Positions 1-8,693 are shown, counted from the stretch's first letter. The stretch is 50,944 bases of DNA from Alphaproteobacteria bacterium (GCA_027297685.1 JAPUHN010000318.1:1-50944), one strand, 5' to 3'. The notes: generated from the sequence alone by a model not told the origin. Program-made: numbers and translations.

Positions 1-1405
1 CCTGGGTCAGAGCCTCGCGCGAGACCATGTCGAGGTGGTTGGTCGGCTCATCGAGCAGTAGGATATGCGGTTTGGCAAGGGCGATCTGAGCGAACAGCAG
101 GCGGGCGCGCTCGCCGCCTGAGAGCTGTCCGATCGTGCCGAGCGCCATGTCTTGCGAAAAACCGAAAGCCCCCAAATGGCTGCGGACTTTTTCGGGCGTG
201 TCCTCGGGCCGCTTGCCGGCGATGGCGGCGACGGGGCTCATGGACAAGTCGAGCTCGTCGGTGAGAACTTGCGAAAAATAACCGACCCGCAATTTCGACG
301 ATTTGGCAATATCGCCCGATATCGGCGCCAGCGCCCCGGCCAGCAGTTTCATGAAGGTCGACTTGCCGTTGCCGTTGGCGCCGAGCAGGGCGACGCGATC
401 GTCGTTGTCGAGGCGCAGCGAGATATTTTTGAGCACCGGCGTGCCGTCATAGCCGACGCTGACGTGTTCCAAACTGTACAGCGGTGGCGGCAGTTCGGCG
501 ATCTCGGGGAACATGAAATTGGGCGCACGCTCCTCGAGAATTTCGGTCAGCGGTTCCATGCGGGCGAGCATCTTGAGGCGTGATTGGGCTTGCTTGGCCT
601 TGGTGGCTTTGGAGCGGAACCGGGTGACGAACGCTTCCATATGGGCACGCTGCGCGGCCTGCTTGGTGCGTTGTTTGGCGTTCAACTCGACCTGCAGCCG
701 GCGGGTCTGCTCGAACCGGTCGTAGTTACCCCGGTAGCTGGCGAGTTTCGACCCTTCGAGGTGGAGGATTTGGTCGACCGCCACGTTGAGCAGTTCGCGG
801 TCATGGCTGATCAACAGGACGGCGCCTTCGTAGCGGGCGATGAAATCCTCGAACCACAACACCGCTTCCAGGTCGAGATGGTTGGTCGGCTCGTCGAGCA
901 ACAGGAGATCCGGGTTGGTGAACAACAGCGATGCCAGCGCGACGCGCATGCGCCAACCGCCGGAGAACGATTGGCACGGCTGCTGCTGCGACACCTCGTC
1001 GAACCCCAGGCCTGCGAGAATGCGGGCGGCGCGGGCCGGCGCGCTATGGGCGTCGCGGTGCGCCAGAGCTTCGTGAATTTCGGCGATGCGGCTGGGCTCG
1101 GTTGCGCTATCTGCTTCTTGCCATAGCGCGGCGAGTTCGCGGTCGGCGCCGATCACCGTATCGATCAGGCTCTCCGGGCCGCTCGGCGCATCCTGGGTGG
1201 TAATACCAACGCGCCAGCGCGCCGGCAGGTCGATATCTCCGCCATCGGCCTGGAGCGCGCCGACGATCAACCGGAACAGCGTCGTCTTGCCGGTGCCGTT
1301 GCGCCCCACCAGTCCCACCTTGGCGCCGGGGTGGATCGCCGCGCTGACATGGTCGAGCAGCACCCGCTCGCCGATCCGATAGGTTAAGTCATTGATTTTC
1401 AACAT
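1..1405 (-). CDS. ABC-F family ATPase (two ATP-binding cassettes); the C-terminal end runs off the window start
   Basis: Absent from the ORF track because it is truncated. My reverse-complement read from the ATG at 1405 gives MLKINDLTYRIGERVLLDHVSAAIHPGAKVGLVGRNGTGKTTLFRLI (Walker A). A second Walker A, GANGNGKST, lies near 355-390. LSGGERARLLFAQIALAKPHILLLDEPTNHLD lies at about 1-135. Confidence 0.85.
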   Translation of the reverse strand, partial: MLKINDLTYRIGERVLLDHVSAAIHPGAKVGLVGRNGTGKTTLFRLIVGALQADGGDIDLPARWRVGITTQDAPSGPESLIDTVIGADRELAALWQEADSATEPSRIAEIHEALAHRDAHSAPARAARILAGLGFDEVSQQQPCQSFSGGWRMRVALASLLFTNPDLLLLDEPTNHLDLEAVLWFEDFIARYEGAVLLISHDRELLNVAVDQILHLEGSKLASYRGNYDRFEQTRRLQVELNAKQRTKQAAQRAHMEAFVTRFRSKATKAKQAQSRLKMLARMEPLTEILEERAPNFMFPEIAELPPPLYSLEHVSVGYDGTPVLKNISLRLDNDDRVALLGANGNGKSTFMKLLAGALAPISGDIAKSSKLRVGYFSQVLTDELDLSMSPVAAIAGKRPEDTPEKVRSHLGAFGFSQDMALGTIGQLSGGERARLLFAQIALAKPHILLLDEPTNHLDMVSREALTQ

Positions 1406-1610
1406 CACGGATAGATCGGTTGCGAAAAGGTCCTCGGATAGCCGGTCATCTGCATTGGCCGGAAGGGCAGAGAAATAGGTTAGATGGCGGCGCGCTGTTT
1501 AGATAATGCTCTGGGGATATAAGACATTTTGGTTAATCATTTAAGGGGCGCATGGGTGAACGGCGAAAACGGCTGTTCTTTCTTGGCCGTGTCCCTATAT
1601 TGCGCGCGTT

Positions 1611-2627
1611 ATGAACTCAACGCACTTTCACGTTGCACCGGTCTCGGTGGCGCCGATGATGGACTGGACCGACCGCCACGAGCGGTTTTTCCTGCGCCAA
1701 ATCAGCCGCCGGGTGCGCCTGTACACGGAAATGATCACTACCGGCGCGATCCTCCATGGCGACCGGGCGCGGTTACTGGCATTTAATTCCGACGAACATC
1801 CGGTGGCCCTGCAGATTGGCGGCGCCGACCCGGCTGCACTGGCCGAATGCGCGCGGATCGGAGCTGATTTCGGCTATGCCGAGATCAACCTCAATATTGG
1901 CTGTCCGTCCGACCGAGTGCAGTCCGGCGATTTCGGTGCCTGCCTGATGGCGAAGCCAGAGGTGGTCGCCCGCGCAGTTGCGGCGATGGGCGCGGCGGTC
2001 GGCGTGCCGATCACCGTCAAGCACCGCATCGCCATCGACGAGCAAGAAGAATGGCCGGCCTTGAGCCGGTTCGTCCGCATCGTTGCCGAGGCGGGATGCA
2101 GCCATTTCATCGTGCACGCCCGCAAGGCGTTGTTGCAGGGTTTGAGCGCCAAGGAGAATCGGGAAGTGCCACCGCTGCGCTACGAGCTGGTGCACCGGCT
2201 AAAGCAGCAATTTCCGGTACTCGCGGTTACCATCAATGGCGGTTTCACCACGCTCGATGCCATGGCGGCGCAACTGAAGCGGGTCGACGGCGTGATGATC
2301 GGCCGCGAGGCTTATCAGAACCCCTATGTGCTGGCCGATGTCGACCGGCGCTTTTTCGGCCAACCGACGCCGGCGCCAACGCGCCACGAGATCGTCGAGA
2401 GACTGCTTGGATATATCGAACAAGAGGTCGCGGCCGGGGTGCCCTTGAAGTCGATCACCCGACACATTCTCGGATTGTTCAATGGCCAGCGCGGTGCACG
2501 CGCGTGGCGGCGTTCTTTATCGGAAAATGCACCGCGGTTCGACGGCGGGCCCGCCGACGCGGTCGCCCTGTTACACAACGCCGCCACGCTGGTGCCACGC
2601 GACGACCCCACCGCTGCCGCCGCTTAG
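1611..2627 (+). CDS. dusA: tRNA-dihydrouridine synthase A
   Basis: 338-aa ORF. N-terminus VAPMMDWTDRHERFFLRQISRRVRLYTEMITTGAI plus EINLNIGCPSDRV are typical of the DusA family. Confidence 0.9.
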   Translation: MNSTHFHVAPVSVAPMMDWTDRHERFFLRQISRRVRLYTEMITTGAILHGDRARLLAFNSDEHPVALQIGGADPAALAECARIGADFGYAEINLNIGCPSDRVQSGDFGACLMAKPEVVARAVAAMGAAVGVPITVKHRIAIDEQEEWPALSRFVRIVAEAGCSHFIVHARKALLQGLSAKENREVPPLRYELVHRLKQQFPVLAVTINGGFTTLDAMAAQLKRVDGVMIGREAYQNPYVLADVDRRFFGQPTPAPTRHEIVERLLGYIEQEVAAGVPLKSITRHILGLFNGQRGARAWRRSLSENAPRFDGGPADAVALLHNAATLVPRDDPTAAAA

Positions 2628-2632
2628 GAGGC

Positions 2633-3604
2633 TCAAACGTAGCCGCCGACCAGGACTACGAGTTCACCGCCCATGCCTCGTTTGAAGCGTGCCACCCCCG
2701 GCGCGTCGGCGTTGATGCCGCCGAGGTCGAGCCAATGAACGCCCGCCGACTTGAGGGGTTCGACGGCGCGCCACAGCAGCAAATTGTGCGCCCGCAGGCG
2801 GCGCCCGGCATCGCCCGACCAGCCGACCAAGTAAGTCGCCGATTTGCCGTGGACGGTCAGCAATATGGCTGCGACTGGCTGGCCCCCATGTTGGGCGATC
2901 AAGAGAAGCGGTTCTTGATCCCGTGGTGCGTGATCGCGGAGCGCGCGTAACAGGGCAGGCGACGGCCCACGATAACCATGGGCTGCCATGTGACGGGCGT
3001 GGTTGTCGTAAAGCCATTCGAATTGCCTATCGTCGGCGCCAGAATTGACTTCGACATTTTGACCCTCCGCTTGGGTCAGTTTGTTGCGCCATTGCGGCCG
3101 CAGATTTGTCCGCAATTTTTCGAGCGGGGTGGAAAGATCGAGCCAAATCGTTGCGTAGCCCTCAGCAACACGGCGAAACCCGGCGTCGCTCAGGGTCCGG
3201 CGATTGTCGGGGGAATCGGCGAGCTCTGGATGGAATGTCAGCGGCCGGCCACGCCACCAGCGGTGGCGTAGGCGCAACTGCCGCAGGACGAGTTTCAGCA
3301 TTTCACCGGGGATTTCGTCGTAGATCCATAAAGGACCCCGATAAAGGCTGCAGCTCGCCGCGCCGCCGAACGTGCGCCGCCGCGTGACGATCGCCATGCC
3401 GATCGGTTTGCCCTGGAAGCGAATCAATCCGTAATCGGCGCCGCTGCCTCCGCCATCGAATTCGGCGGCCGCGGTGGCATATGCCGGGCTCTGGGTTAAC
3501 GTGGGCCGCTCGCAGCTATCGAGCATGGTCTGCCATTGCGCGGCGCTGTGGCGGTTCCAATCGATTTGAAACAGACTGACGGAAGGATCGGGCGCGTCGC
3601 TCAT
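2633..3604 (-). CDS. FemAB-like / GNAT-fold acyl(aminoacyl)transferase (COG2348-like)
   Basis: 323-aa ORF. The C-terminal half, ATYLVGWSGDAGRRLRAHNLLLWRAVEPLKSAGVHWLDLGGINADAPGVARFKRGMGG, matches the FemX/FemAB pattern (Y..GaS...r......LLqW.ai..ak..G...yDfgGi...GlyrFKkgfGg). Starts 23 bp downstream of murQ on the same strand. Confidence 0.6.
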   Translation of the reverse strand: MSDAPDPSVSLFQIDWNRHSAAQWQTMLDSCERPTLTQSPAYATAAAEFDGGGSGADYGLIRFQGKPIGMAIVTRRRTFGGAASCSLYRGPLWIYDEIPGEMLKLVLRQLRLRHRWWRGRPLTFHPELADSPDNRRTLSDAGFRRVAEGYATIWLDLSTPLEKLRTNLRPQWRNKLTQAEGQNVEVNSGADDRQFEWLYDNHARHMAAHGYRGPSPALLRALRDHAPRDQEPLLLIAQHGGQPVAAILLTVHGKSATYLVGWSGDAGRRLRAHNLLLWRAVEPLKSAGVHWLDLGGINADAPGVARFKRGMGGELVVLVGGYV

Positions 3605-3627
3605 GGAAGTGCCGGTCGCGCGTCCGC

Positions 3628-4518
3628 TCAGTCGGCGGCAGCGGCCATCGCCTGCCGCAAATTGCCGTCATGTTGCGCCAGCAATGCGCGGGCGTCGTCG
3701 AGCGCGATGCCCTTGGCGACCAGGATGGCGAGCTTGGTGTTGTTTTCGGCGCTGCGCAGGGCGACGCGCGCGCCGTCGGCATTGATGCCGGTAATCTCGC
3801 AGATCATACGCACCGCCCGCGCTTTCAACTTATCGTTGGTCAGCAGAACGTCGACCATATAGCCGCCATAGGTCCGGTTGAGGCGGATCATCGTCAGGGT
3901 CGACAATAGATTGAGCGTCACCTTCTGCACCGTGCCGGCGGTCATGCGCGTGGAACCGCCAATTGGTTCGGCGCCTGACCGAATAGCGATGGCGTGTTCG
4001 GCAGCGTCGAGCAGCGGGCAGGGTGTGTTACTGGCGATCGCGACGGTCAAGGCGCCGGCGGCGCGCGCGGCTTCGCACACGGCGAGCGTATAGGGCGTGG
4101 TACCGCTCGCCGAGATCGCGATCAGCGCGTCGGCGCGGCCCAGTGTAAGCGCGCCTGCCTCGGCGGCGCCTGCACCGGCATCGTCTTCGGCGCCTTCGAT
4201 AGATCGTACTAACGCGTCGATCCCACCGGCGATGAGAAAGCCGCCGCGTTCCGGCGGCCATCCGAATGTCGGGATGAGCTCGGCGCCGTCGAGAACGCCC
4301 AAGCGTCCGGAGGTGCCGGCGCCAGCGTAGATCAAACGCCCGGACGTGGTTTCCTGTAACCGTGCCGCCAGCGCCGACGCTGCGTTCGCGATTGCCGCGG
4401 TGGCGTCTCGGGTGGCGGCCAGCCCGGCGCCTTGCGCATCCAAGATGAGGCCGATGATCTGCTCATTGGAGCGCGTGTCGAGGTCGTGGTAGCGGGCGTC
4501 GAAATCTTCGGTGTGCAT
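3628..4518 (-). CDS. murQ: N-acetylmuramic acid 6-phosphate etherase
   Basis: SIS-domain protein with LIYAGAGTSGRLGVLDGAELIPTFGWPPER and GGSTRMTAGTVQKV. I place the start at the internal ATG at 4518 (MHTEDFDARYHDLDTR) rather than the track start at 4674, because that gives the usual ~297 aa. Confidence 0.85.
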   Translation of the reverse strand: MHTEDFDARYHDLDTRSNEQIIGLILDAQGAGLAATRDATAAIANAASALAARLQETTSGRLIYAGAGTSGRLGVLDGAELIPTFGWPPERGGFLIAGGIDALVRSIEGAEDDAGAGAAEAGALTLGRADALIAISASGTTPYTLAVCEAARAAGALTVAIASNTPCPLLDAAEHAIAIRSGAEPIGGSTRMTAGTVQKVTLNLLSTLTMIRLNRTYGGYMVDVLLTNDKLKARAVRMICEITGINADGARVALRSAENNTKLAILVAKGIALDDARALLAQHDGNLRQAMAAAAD

Positions 4519-4630
4519 AAGACGGCGTCGGTTGCGGCATTTGGAAAGTTTTCCATACCATAATTCGCGATTTGTCGGTGTGCCTGGTGCTATAGGGTGT
4601 GCAACGAACCTTGTTTGTGGGCGAAGCGAC

Positions 4631-5536
4631 ATGCCGGAACGGCTGTTTTGCTGTATTGATGGTGGTGGGAGCAAGACGCGGGTTGCGTTGTTCGACGATC
4701 AAGGCCGCCGGCTTGGCCTCACCATGACCGGACCGACCAGCCTGACCTTGCGCGGTGCACAAGCGTGGGAAGTCATCGTTGAGGCTTTGCGCGGTTTGTG
4801 CGCCACCATCGGTCTCGACTCCGACGATTTTAGCGAAACCCATTTCGGCATCGGGCTCGCCGGCGCCAACGATGCCACGCGGCGCGCGCGTTTCGTTGGA
4901 GAGGCTCCTGCCGTCGGTGCACTGCGCGTAGCGACCGATGCCTATATCGCGGCCCTCGGTGCCCATGATGGCGCGCCCGGCGCGATTGTCATCGTCGGCA
5001 CTGGTTCGGTCGGCTACCGCATCGAGGCGTCCGGAGGGTCGAGGCTGGTCGGCGGGTGGGGATTTCCGGCCGGTGACGAAGGCAGCGGCGCCTGGCTTGG
5101 CCGGGCGGCATTGGCGCAAGCCCTCCACGTTCTGGAGGACCGCTATTCAGGCCGGCCTACGAAACTGCACCGTGCGCTGATCGAGCGATGCGGGCCTTCC
5201 CGCGATGACATGCTTGCGTGGCTGTCTGCCGCCAGATCAACTCAATATGCCGCGCTCGCGCCGTTGATTATCGAATACGCCGGCCACGACGATCCGGCTG
5301 CATTACAGCTGGTGACCGCCGCCGGCACCGATATCGAAGCGCTGGCATTAGCGCTCGATCCGGGTCGTAGCGTGCCGCTTTCGCTAGTCGGTGGTTTGGC
5401 GCAACCGCTGATGCCCTATTTGCCGGCTCCGTTACAGGACTGGTTGCAGGAACCCCGTGACGAACCGATCATGGGTGCTTTGATGCTGGCGCAAGGGCGG
5501 GTGCCCGACGAAAGTTTGGCTTGGGGCGGGGACTAA
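4631..5536 (+). CDS. BadF/BadG/BcrA/BcrD-type ATPase, probable N-acetylglucosamine (or MurNAc/GlcNAc) kinase
   Basis: MPERLFCCIDGGGSKTRVALFD matches the ASKHA phosphate-1 motif, and GTGSVGY is present. The start is taken at the ATG at 4631; the track ORF begins at 4511 and overlaps the divergent promoter region. Confidence 0.7.
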   Translation: MPERLFCCIDGGGSKTRVALFDDQGRRLGLTMTGPTSLTLRGAQAWEVIVEALRGLCATIGLDSDDFSETHFGIGLAGANDATRRARFVGEAPAVGALRVATDAYIAALGAHDGAPGAIVIVGTGSVGYRIEASGGSRLVGGWGFPAGDEGSGAWLGRAALAQALHVLEDRYSGRPTKLHRALIERCGPSRDDMLAWLSAARSTQYAALAPLIIEYAGHDDPAALQLVTAAGTDIEALALALDPGRSVPLSLVGGLAQPLMPYLPAPLQDWLQEPRDEPIMGALMLAQGRVPDESLAWGGD

Positions 5537-5538
5537 AT

Positions 5539-6633
5539 ATGTCGAACCTTAGTGGGCGCATTCTCACGCCGGAGGGCTGGATTTCGGGTAGCGTGGAATT
5601 CGGCGAAAAGATCACCGCGGTGGTCAGCAACAACGCGGACGACCGGAGTATTACCGTCTTGCCGGGTTTCGTCGATTTGCACGTGCCCGGCGGCGGCGGC
5701 GGCGACGTCATGCAGGGCGAGGCCGCGATACGGCGTTGTGCGGCGTTGCACGCCCAACACGGTACGACGGCGTTTTTGGCTACGACGGTAACGGCGCCTG
5801 CCGACGACATCGCAACAGCGGTCACCGCAATCGCCGCGACGGCTACCGACCGGCACCCGGGCGAGGCACGAATTCTCGGCGCGCACCTGGAGGGGCCCTA
5901 TCTCAACCCCGAACGGTTGGGCGCGCAGCCGCCCTTTGCGCAGCCGCCGGATCTGGCATTTATTGGTGAGCTGTGCACGCGCGCGCCGATACGCTTGGTA
6001 ACCCTGGCGCCGGAATGCGACCCCGGACACGCGCTGATCAAGGACCTGGCGGCGCGCGATATCGCGGTGCAGATCGGCCACAGCGCCGCCAGCTACGACG
6101 AGACGATACAGGCGCTCGCAGACGGCGTTCGCGGGTTCACTCATTTGTATAATGCCATGTCGCCGCTGCATCACCGGGCGCCCGGCGTCGTCGGCGCAGC
6201 GCTGGCGCAGGGCGAATATGCCGCCTTGATCCCCGACCTGGTTCACGTCGCGCCCGGCGCCATTCTCGCCGCGCTGCGGGCGGTGCCGCGGCTGTATTTT
6301 GTCACCGACGCAACGGCTGCGGCGGGCATGCCCGACGGCGAGTATCCGCTGGGCCGCCAGACAGTGATAAAACGCGGCGGCAGTGTGTTTTTGGCCGACG
6401 ACACCCTGGCCGGCAGCGCTTTGACCATGGACCAGGCGCTGCGCAACTTGGTTACCATCGGCTTGGACTTGGCGGACGCGGCGCGGCGTTTATCGACAAT
6501 TCCGGCCGAATTCATCGGCGCCAGCGACCGCGGGCGGATCGCGCAAGGCGCGTTTGCCGATTTGGTCGCGTTGGATGGGGACTTGCAGGTGGTTCAGGTG
6601 GTGGTCGAAGGCGAAACGGTCTTTGCTGGCTAG
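5539..6633 (+). CDS. nagA: N-acetylglucosamine-6-phosphate deacetylase
   Basis: Amidohydrolase fold with LPGFVDLHVPGGGGGDVM, AHLEGPYLNPERLGAQ, IGHSAASYDE and FTHLYNAM. ATG at 5539 (MSNLSGRIL); the track start at 5521 is a TTG. Confidence 0.85.
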   Translation: MSNLSGRILTPEGWISGSVEFGEKITAVVSNNADDRSITVLPGFVDLHVPGGGGGDVMQGEAAIRRCAALHAQHGTTAFLATTVTAPADDIATAVTAIAATATDRHPGEARILGAHLEGPYLNPERLGAQPPFAQPPDLAFIGELCTRAPIRLVTLAPECDPGHALIKDLAARDIAVQIGHSAASYDETIQALADGVRGFTHLYNAMSPLHHRAPGVVGAALAQGEYAALIPDLVHVAPGAILAALRAVPRLYFVTDATAAAGMPDGEYPLGRQTVIKRGGSVFLADDTLAGSALTMDQALRNLVTIGLDLADAARRLSTIPAEFIGASDRGRIAQGAFADLVALDGDLQVVQVVVEGETVFAG

Positions 6634-7838
6634 ACGTTCCATAGGGCAAAAATATCTTCAGCGCGCTCGCCTCGGTCCAAGGCTTTTCGCAAGCTGTCGC
6701 TGCCGAGCAAGGTGTCGATTACATAGCGCTCGCTTGGTGCTTGCGCCGGGTCGCCAGAATCTGGATCAAGTGGCATAACGGGTGCGGTGCGCCAGCGAAA
6801 CTCCCGCTGCGTTCCGGCGATCCAGGCGAGCAGTCGCACGCCCAGGCCAAAACCGTCGCATTTTGGGCCGGTTCGTTCGAACCGAATGGCTGGCAGCGTT
6901 TGCCCCGCATAGTCGCCGGCTACGGGCTCAATATCGCAAGCGCTGGCCGCGACGCCGACAGACCAGTTGTTGGCGGCGGCTGCTGCAGCGGCCGCATCGA
7001 GCCAGGGGGCGCCGATACAGCAGAAGGGCAACGGCGTGCCGCGTCCCTCGCTGAGGTTGGTGCCCTCGAATAATACCAGGCCGGGATAGAACTGGACAGC
7101 GTCGCGCGATTGTAGCGCTGGCGATGGTGGCACAAAGGAGCCTTCGTTTACGGCCTCGCCACTTTGCGCTGAAATTACGGTCAGTCCGGCCGACCGGGGA
7201 TGTTCGATCAGAGCGTCGGCGACGAGGGAACCGAGGGTTCGCCCGTGCACAAACGGGGTCGCGAAATAGGCCAGGAACGATCTTAAACCAGGCTCTAGCG
7301 ACGGTCCGGCTATCTGCGGTCCCAGCGGATTTTCACGGTCGCAAATTATGACGTCGATCTCGGCGTTTAGCGCCGCCTCCGCAGCGATTGCCGCCGTTGT
7401 CGCATAGGTGTAGCAGCGCACCCCGACATCGCGCAGATCGATAATCAGGATATCAATGGCGTCGAGATGTTCCGGTGTTGGCGCCTGCCGCTCGCCGTAA
7501 AGACTGACCACGTCGATGCCGTCCGCGCCGCCGCGGTGGTCGGCAACGGATGCACCGGCTTGGCGATCGGCGGCAAGGCCGTGCTCGGGTGCGAATAAGC
7601 ACGCGAGGCCGGGTTTCGATGCGCCAGCGAGCGCATCGTCAAGGGCGCTTGCGCTTTGTGTCCCGTCCGCGGTGCGGCAGGCCGCGTGGGTCAACAGGCC
7701 GACCCGACGGTGCCTGAGCGCATCCAGCCGATCGTCATCGGCCAGTAATCTGTCGATACCGGGCAAAAATGCCGCAGAGGCGGGGCGGGACGAGCGAATC
7801 ACGTCGTCGAAACTATCGGTGCTAACGAGGAGAGGCAA
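6630..7838 (-). CDS. DUF1343 family protein (NamZ/YbbC-like exo-beta-N-acetylmuramidase family)
   Basis: 402 aa with RVGLLTHAAC, LFAPEHGL, IDLRDVGVRCYTYATT, ICDRENPLG, FVHGRTLGSL and IGAPWLD, the series of conserved DUF1343 blocks. Its 3' end overlaps nagA convergently by 4 nt. Confidence 0.75.
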   Translation of the reverse strand: MPLLVSTDSFDDVIRSSRPASAAFLPGIDRLLADDDRLDALRHRRVGLLTHAACRTADGTQSASALDDALAGASKPGLACLFAPEHGLAADRQAGASVADHRGGADGIDVVSLYGERQAPTPEHLDAIDILIIDLRDVGVRCYTYATTAAIAAEAALNAEIDVIICDRENPLGPQIAGPSLEPGLRSFLAYFATPFVHGRTLGSLVADALIEHPRSAGLTVISAQSGEAVNEGSFVPPSPALQSRDAVQFYPGLVLFEGTNLSEGRGTPLPFCCIGAPWLDAAAAAAAANNWSVGVAASACDIEPVAGDYAGQTLPAIRFERTGPKCDGFGLGVRLLAWIAGTQREFRWRTAPVMPLDPDSGDPAQAPSERYVIDTLLGSDSLRKALDRGERAEDIFALWNV

Positions 7839-7862
7839 TGCGCGCCGGGGCGCGGTGAGAAT

Positions 7863-8195
7863 TTAGGCGAAGGTTTCGACCAAGGGTCCGGCGTCGCTAA
7901 TCAAGGTCCGAATATCGTCAGGAAGGTCTCCGGCCGGCAGCCGCGTCAACACTTCGCCGGTTTGGGGGTTGAGAATTTCGACCACCACTTCCTCGGCCTC
8001 ATTGTCATAGTTGAGGCGCGCTTGGAAGGCGCGCGTCGGTAATTCAACGCGTTGCGATTGCGGCCGTTTCTCCGCCCGCTCGCCCGTCTCGACCGGCCGC
8101 TCGCTTTCGGGTTCTTGCACCCGAACCACAGGGGTCTCGTCTCTCCGAAGAGAGCCGGCCTGGTGTGTGTTTCCAATCGCCTCGAGACTGGACAT
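7863..8195 (-). CDS. FlaG-like small protein
   Basis: 110 aa. The C-terminal ARLNYDNEAEEVVVEILNPQTGEVLTRLPAGDLPDDIRTLIS resembles the FlaG family core (l.f.vdee.g.vvVkv.d..tgEviRqiP.eel). GGAG lies 7 nt upstream of the ATG. Confidence 0.5.
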   Translation of the reverse strand: MSSLEAIGNTHQAGSLRRDETPVVRVQEPESERPVETGERAEKRPQSQRVELPTRAFQARLNYDNEAEEVVVEILNPQTGEVLTRLPAGDLPDDIRTLISDAGPLVETFA

Positions 8196-8282
8196 ACCAT
8201 TCTCCGATAAATTGTGAACCGACTACATACTTACTGAAACGACGATTCAACCAAATATTACGAATCCTGATACCTTCGATCT

Positions 8283-8400
8283 AGATCACTATTTCGGATT
8301 GTGTTTCAAAAAGAAAGTATTATTAAATACAAAAATACGAAAATTAAGTAAAAATTAAGTTTATTTAAATGTGAATATAATTTTACTAAAATAGTGATTG
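8283..8400. promoter_or_regulatory. Extreme AT-rich block between the Cys-rich ORF and the FlaG-like gene
   Basis: I count 13 G/C in the 90 nt at 8301-8390. 10-bp inverted repeats ATCACTATTT (8285-8294) and AAATAGTGAT (8389-8398) flank it. The direct repeat AAAATTAAGT occurs at 8340-8349 and 8351-8360 (11-bp phasing), which creates TTAA-N7-TTAA at 8344-8358. Confidence 0.4.
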
Positions 8401-8414
8401 CCTCTCCGGCGAAA

Positions 8415-8693
8415 TCAATCGTGCCGCGCGACAATCCCCAGGGAAGGCCAATTGGGCCGTGTTGCGATGTCTTTTGCGCCACAACCGCTGCATCGTAGAC
8501 GCGCGCCGATTTCCGGCACCGGAATACCAGGCCCGAATTGCGCCACCAGTATCTGTACCGGTAAGACTGCGTGATGGGTACAGCGGTTGCACCAGCAAAA
8601 CACATCGACGTGGTGCGTGATCAACTCAGCCACGGTTATTGCGGAAATTTTCTTTTCGCGGGCGTTTTGCCACCGGCGTTTAAGGGCAGCCAT
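8415..8693 (-). CDS. Small Cys-rich (zinc-ribbon-like) conserved hypothetical protein ending in an RPNW motif
   Basis: From the ATG at 8693: MAALKRRWQNAREKKISAITVAELITHHVDVFCWCNRCTHHAVLPVQILVAQFGPGIPVPEIGARLRCSGCGAKDIATRPNWPSLG. The pattern C..C.H.a.l ... vP.fG.R..C..CG ... RPNW recalls a family of small alphaproteobacterial hypotheticals (from memory, not searched). Local GC is lower than the surroundings. Confidence 0.5.
   Translation of the reverse strand: MAALKRRWQNAREKKISAITVAELITHHVDVFCWCNRCTHHAVLPVQILVAQFGPGIPVPEIGARLRCSGCGAKDIATRPNWPSLGIVARHD

Noticed and set aside
152-1382. Several plus-strand ORFs (143, 180, 98 aa and others) in the first 1.4 kb.
   Set aside because: They lie antisense to a clear ABC-F ATPase gene, are rich in Arg, Ala, Gly and Pro as expected of off-frame reads of GC-rich coding DNA, and have no recognisable motifs.
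1406-1610. The 5' end of dusA is a known integration hotspot for DusA-specific integrase islands.
   Set aside because: The upstream spacer is only ~200 bp and borders an ABC-F gene. There is no integrase, no direct repeat of the dusA 5' end and no island.
4542-4555. TGGAAA-gt-TTTCCA palindrome in the murQ/kinase divergent promoter region, a possible operator.
   Set aside because: About a dozen 6+6 palindromes are expected by chance in 51 kb, and there is no regulator gene in the cluster to pair it with. It is positionally suggestive only.
8204-8210. CCGATAA, resembling the sigma-28 flagellar -10 element, next to the FlaG-like gene.
   Set aside because: It is on the plus strand, just upstream of the start of the minus-strand gene, so it is oriented away from it. 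There is no TAAA -35 element at the correct spacing.
8283-8400. AT-rich block as a replication origin or DNA-unwinding element; TGTGAATAT at 8370-8378 is an 8/9 match to a DnaA box.
   Set aside because: There is only one imperfect box, no cluster of DnaA boxes, and no dnaA, hemE or parAB context. A single near-match in AT-rich DNA is expected by chance.
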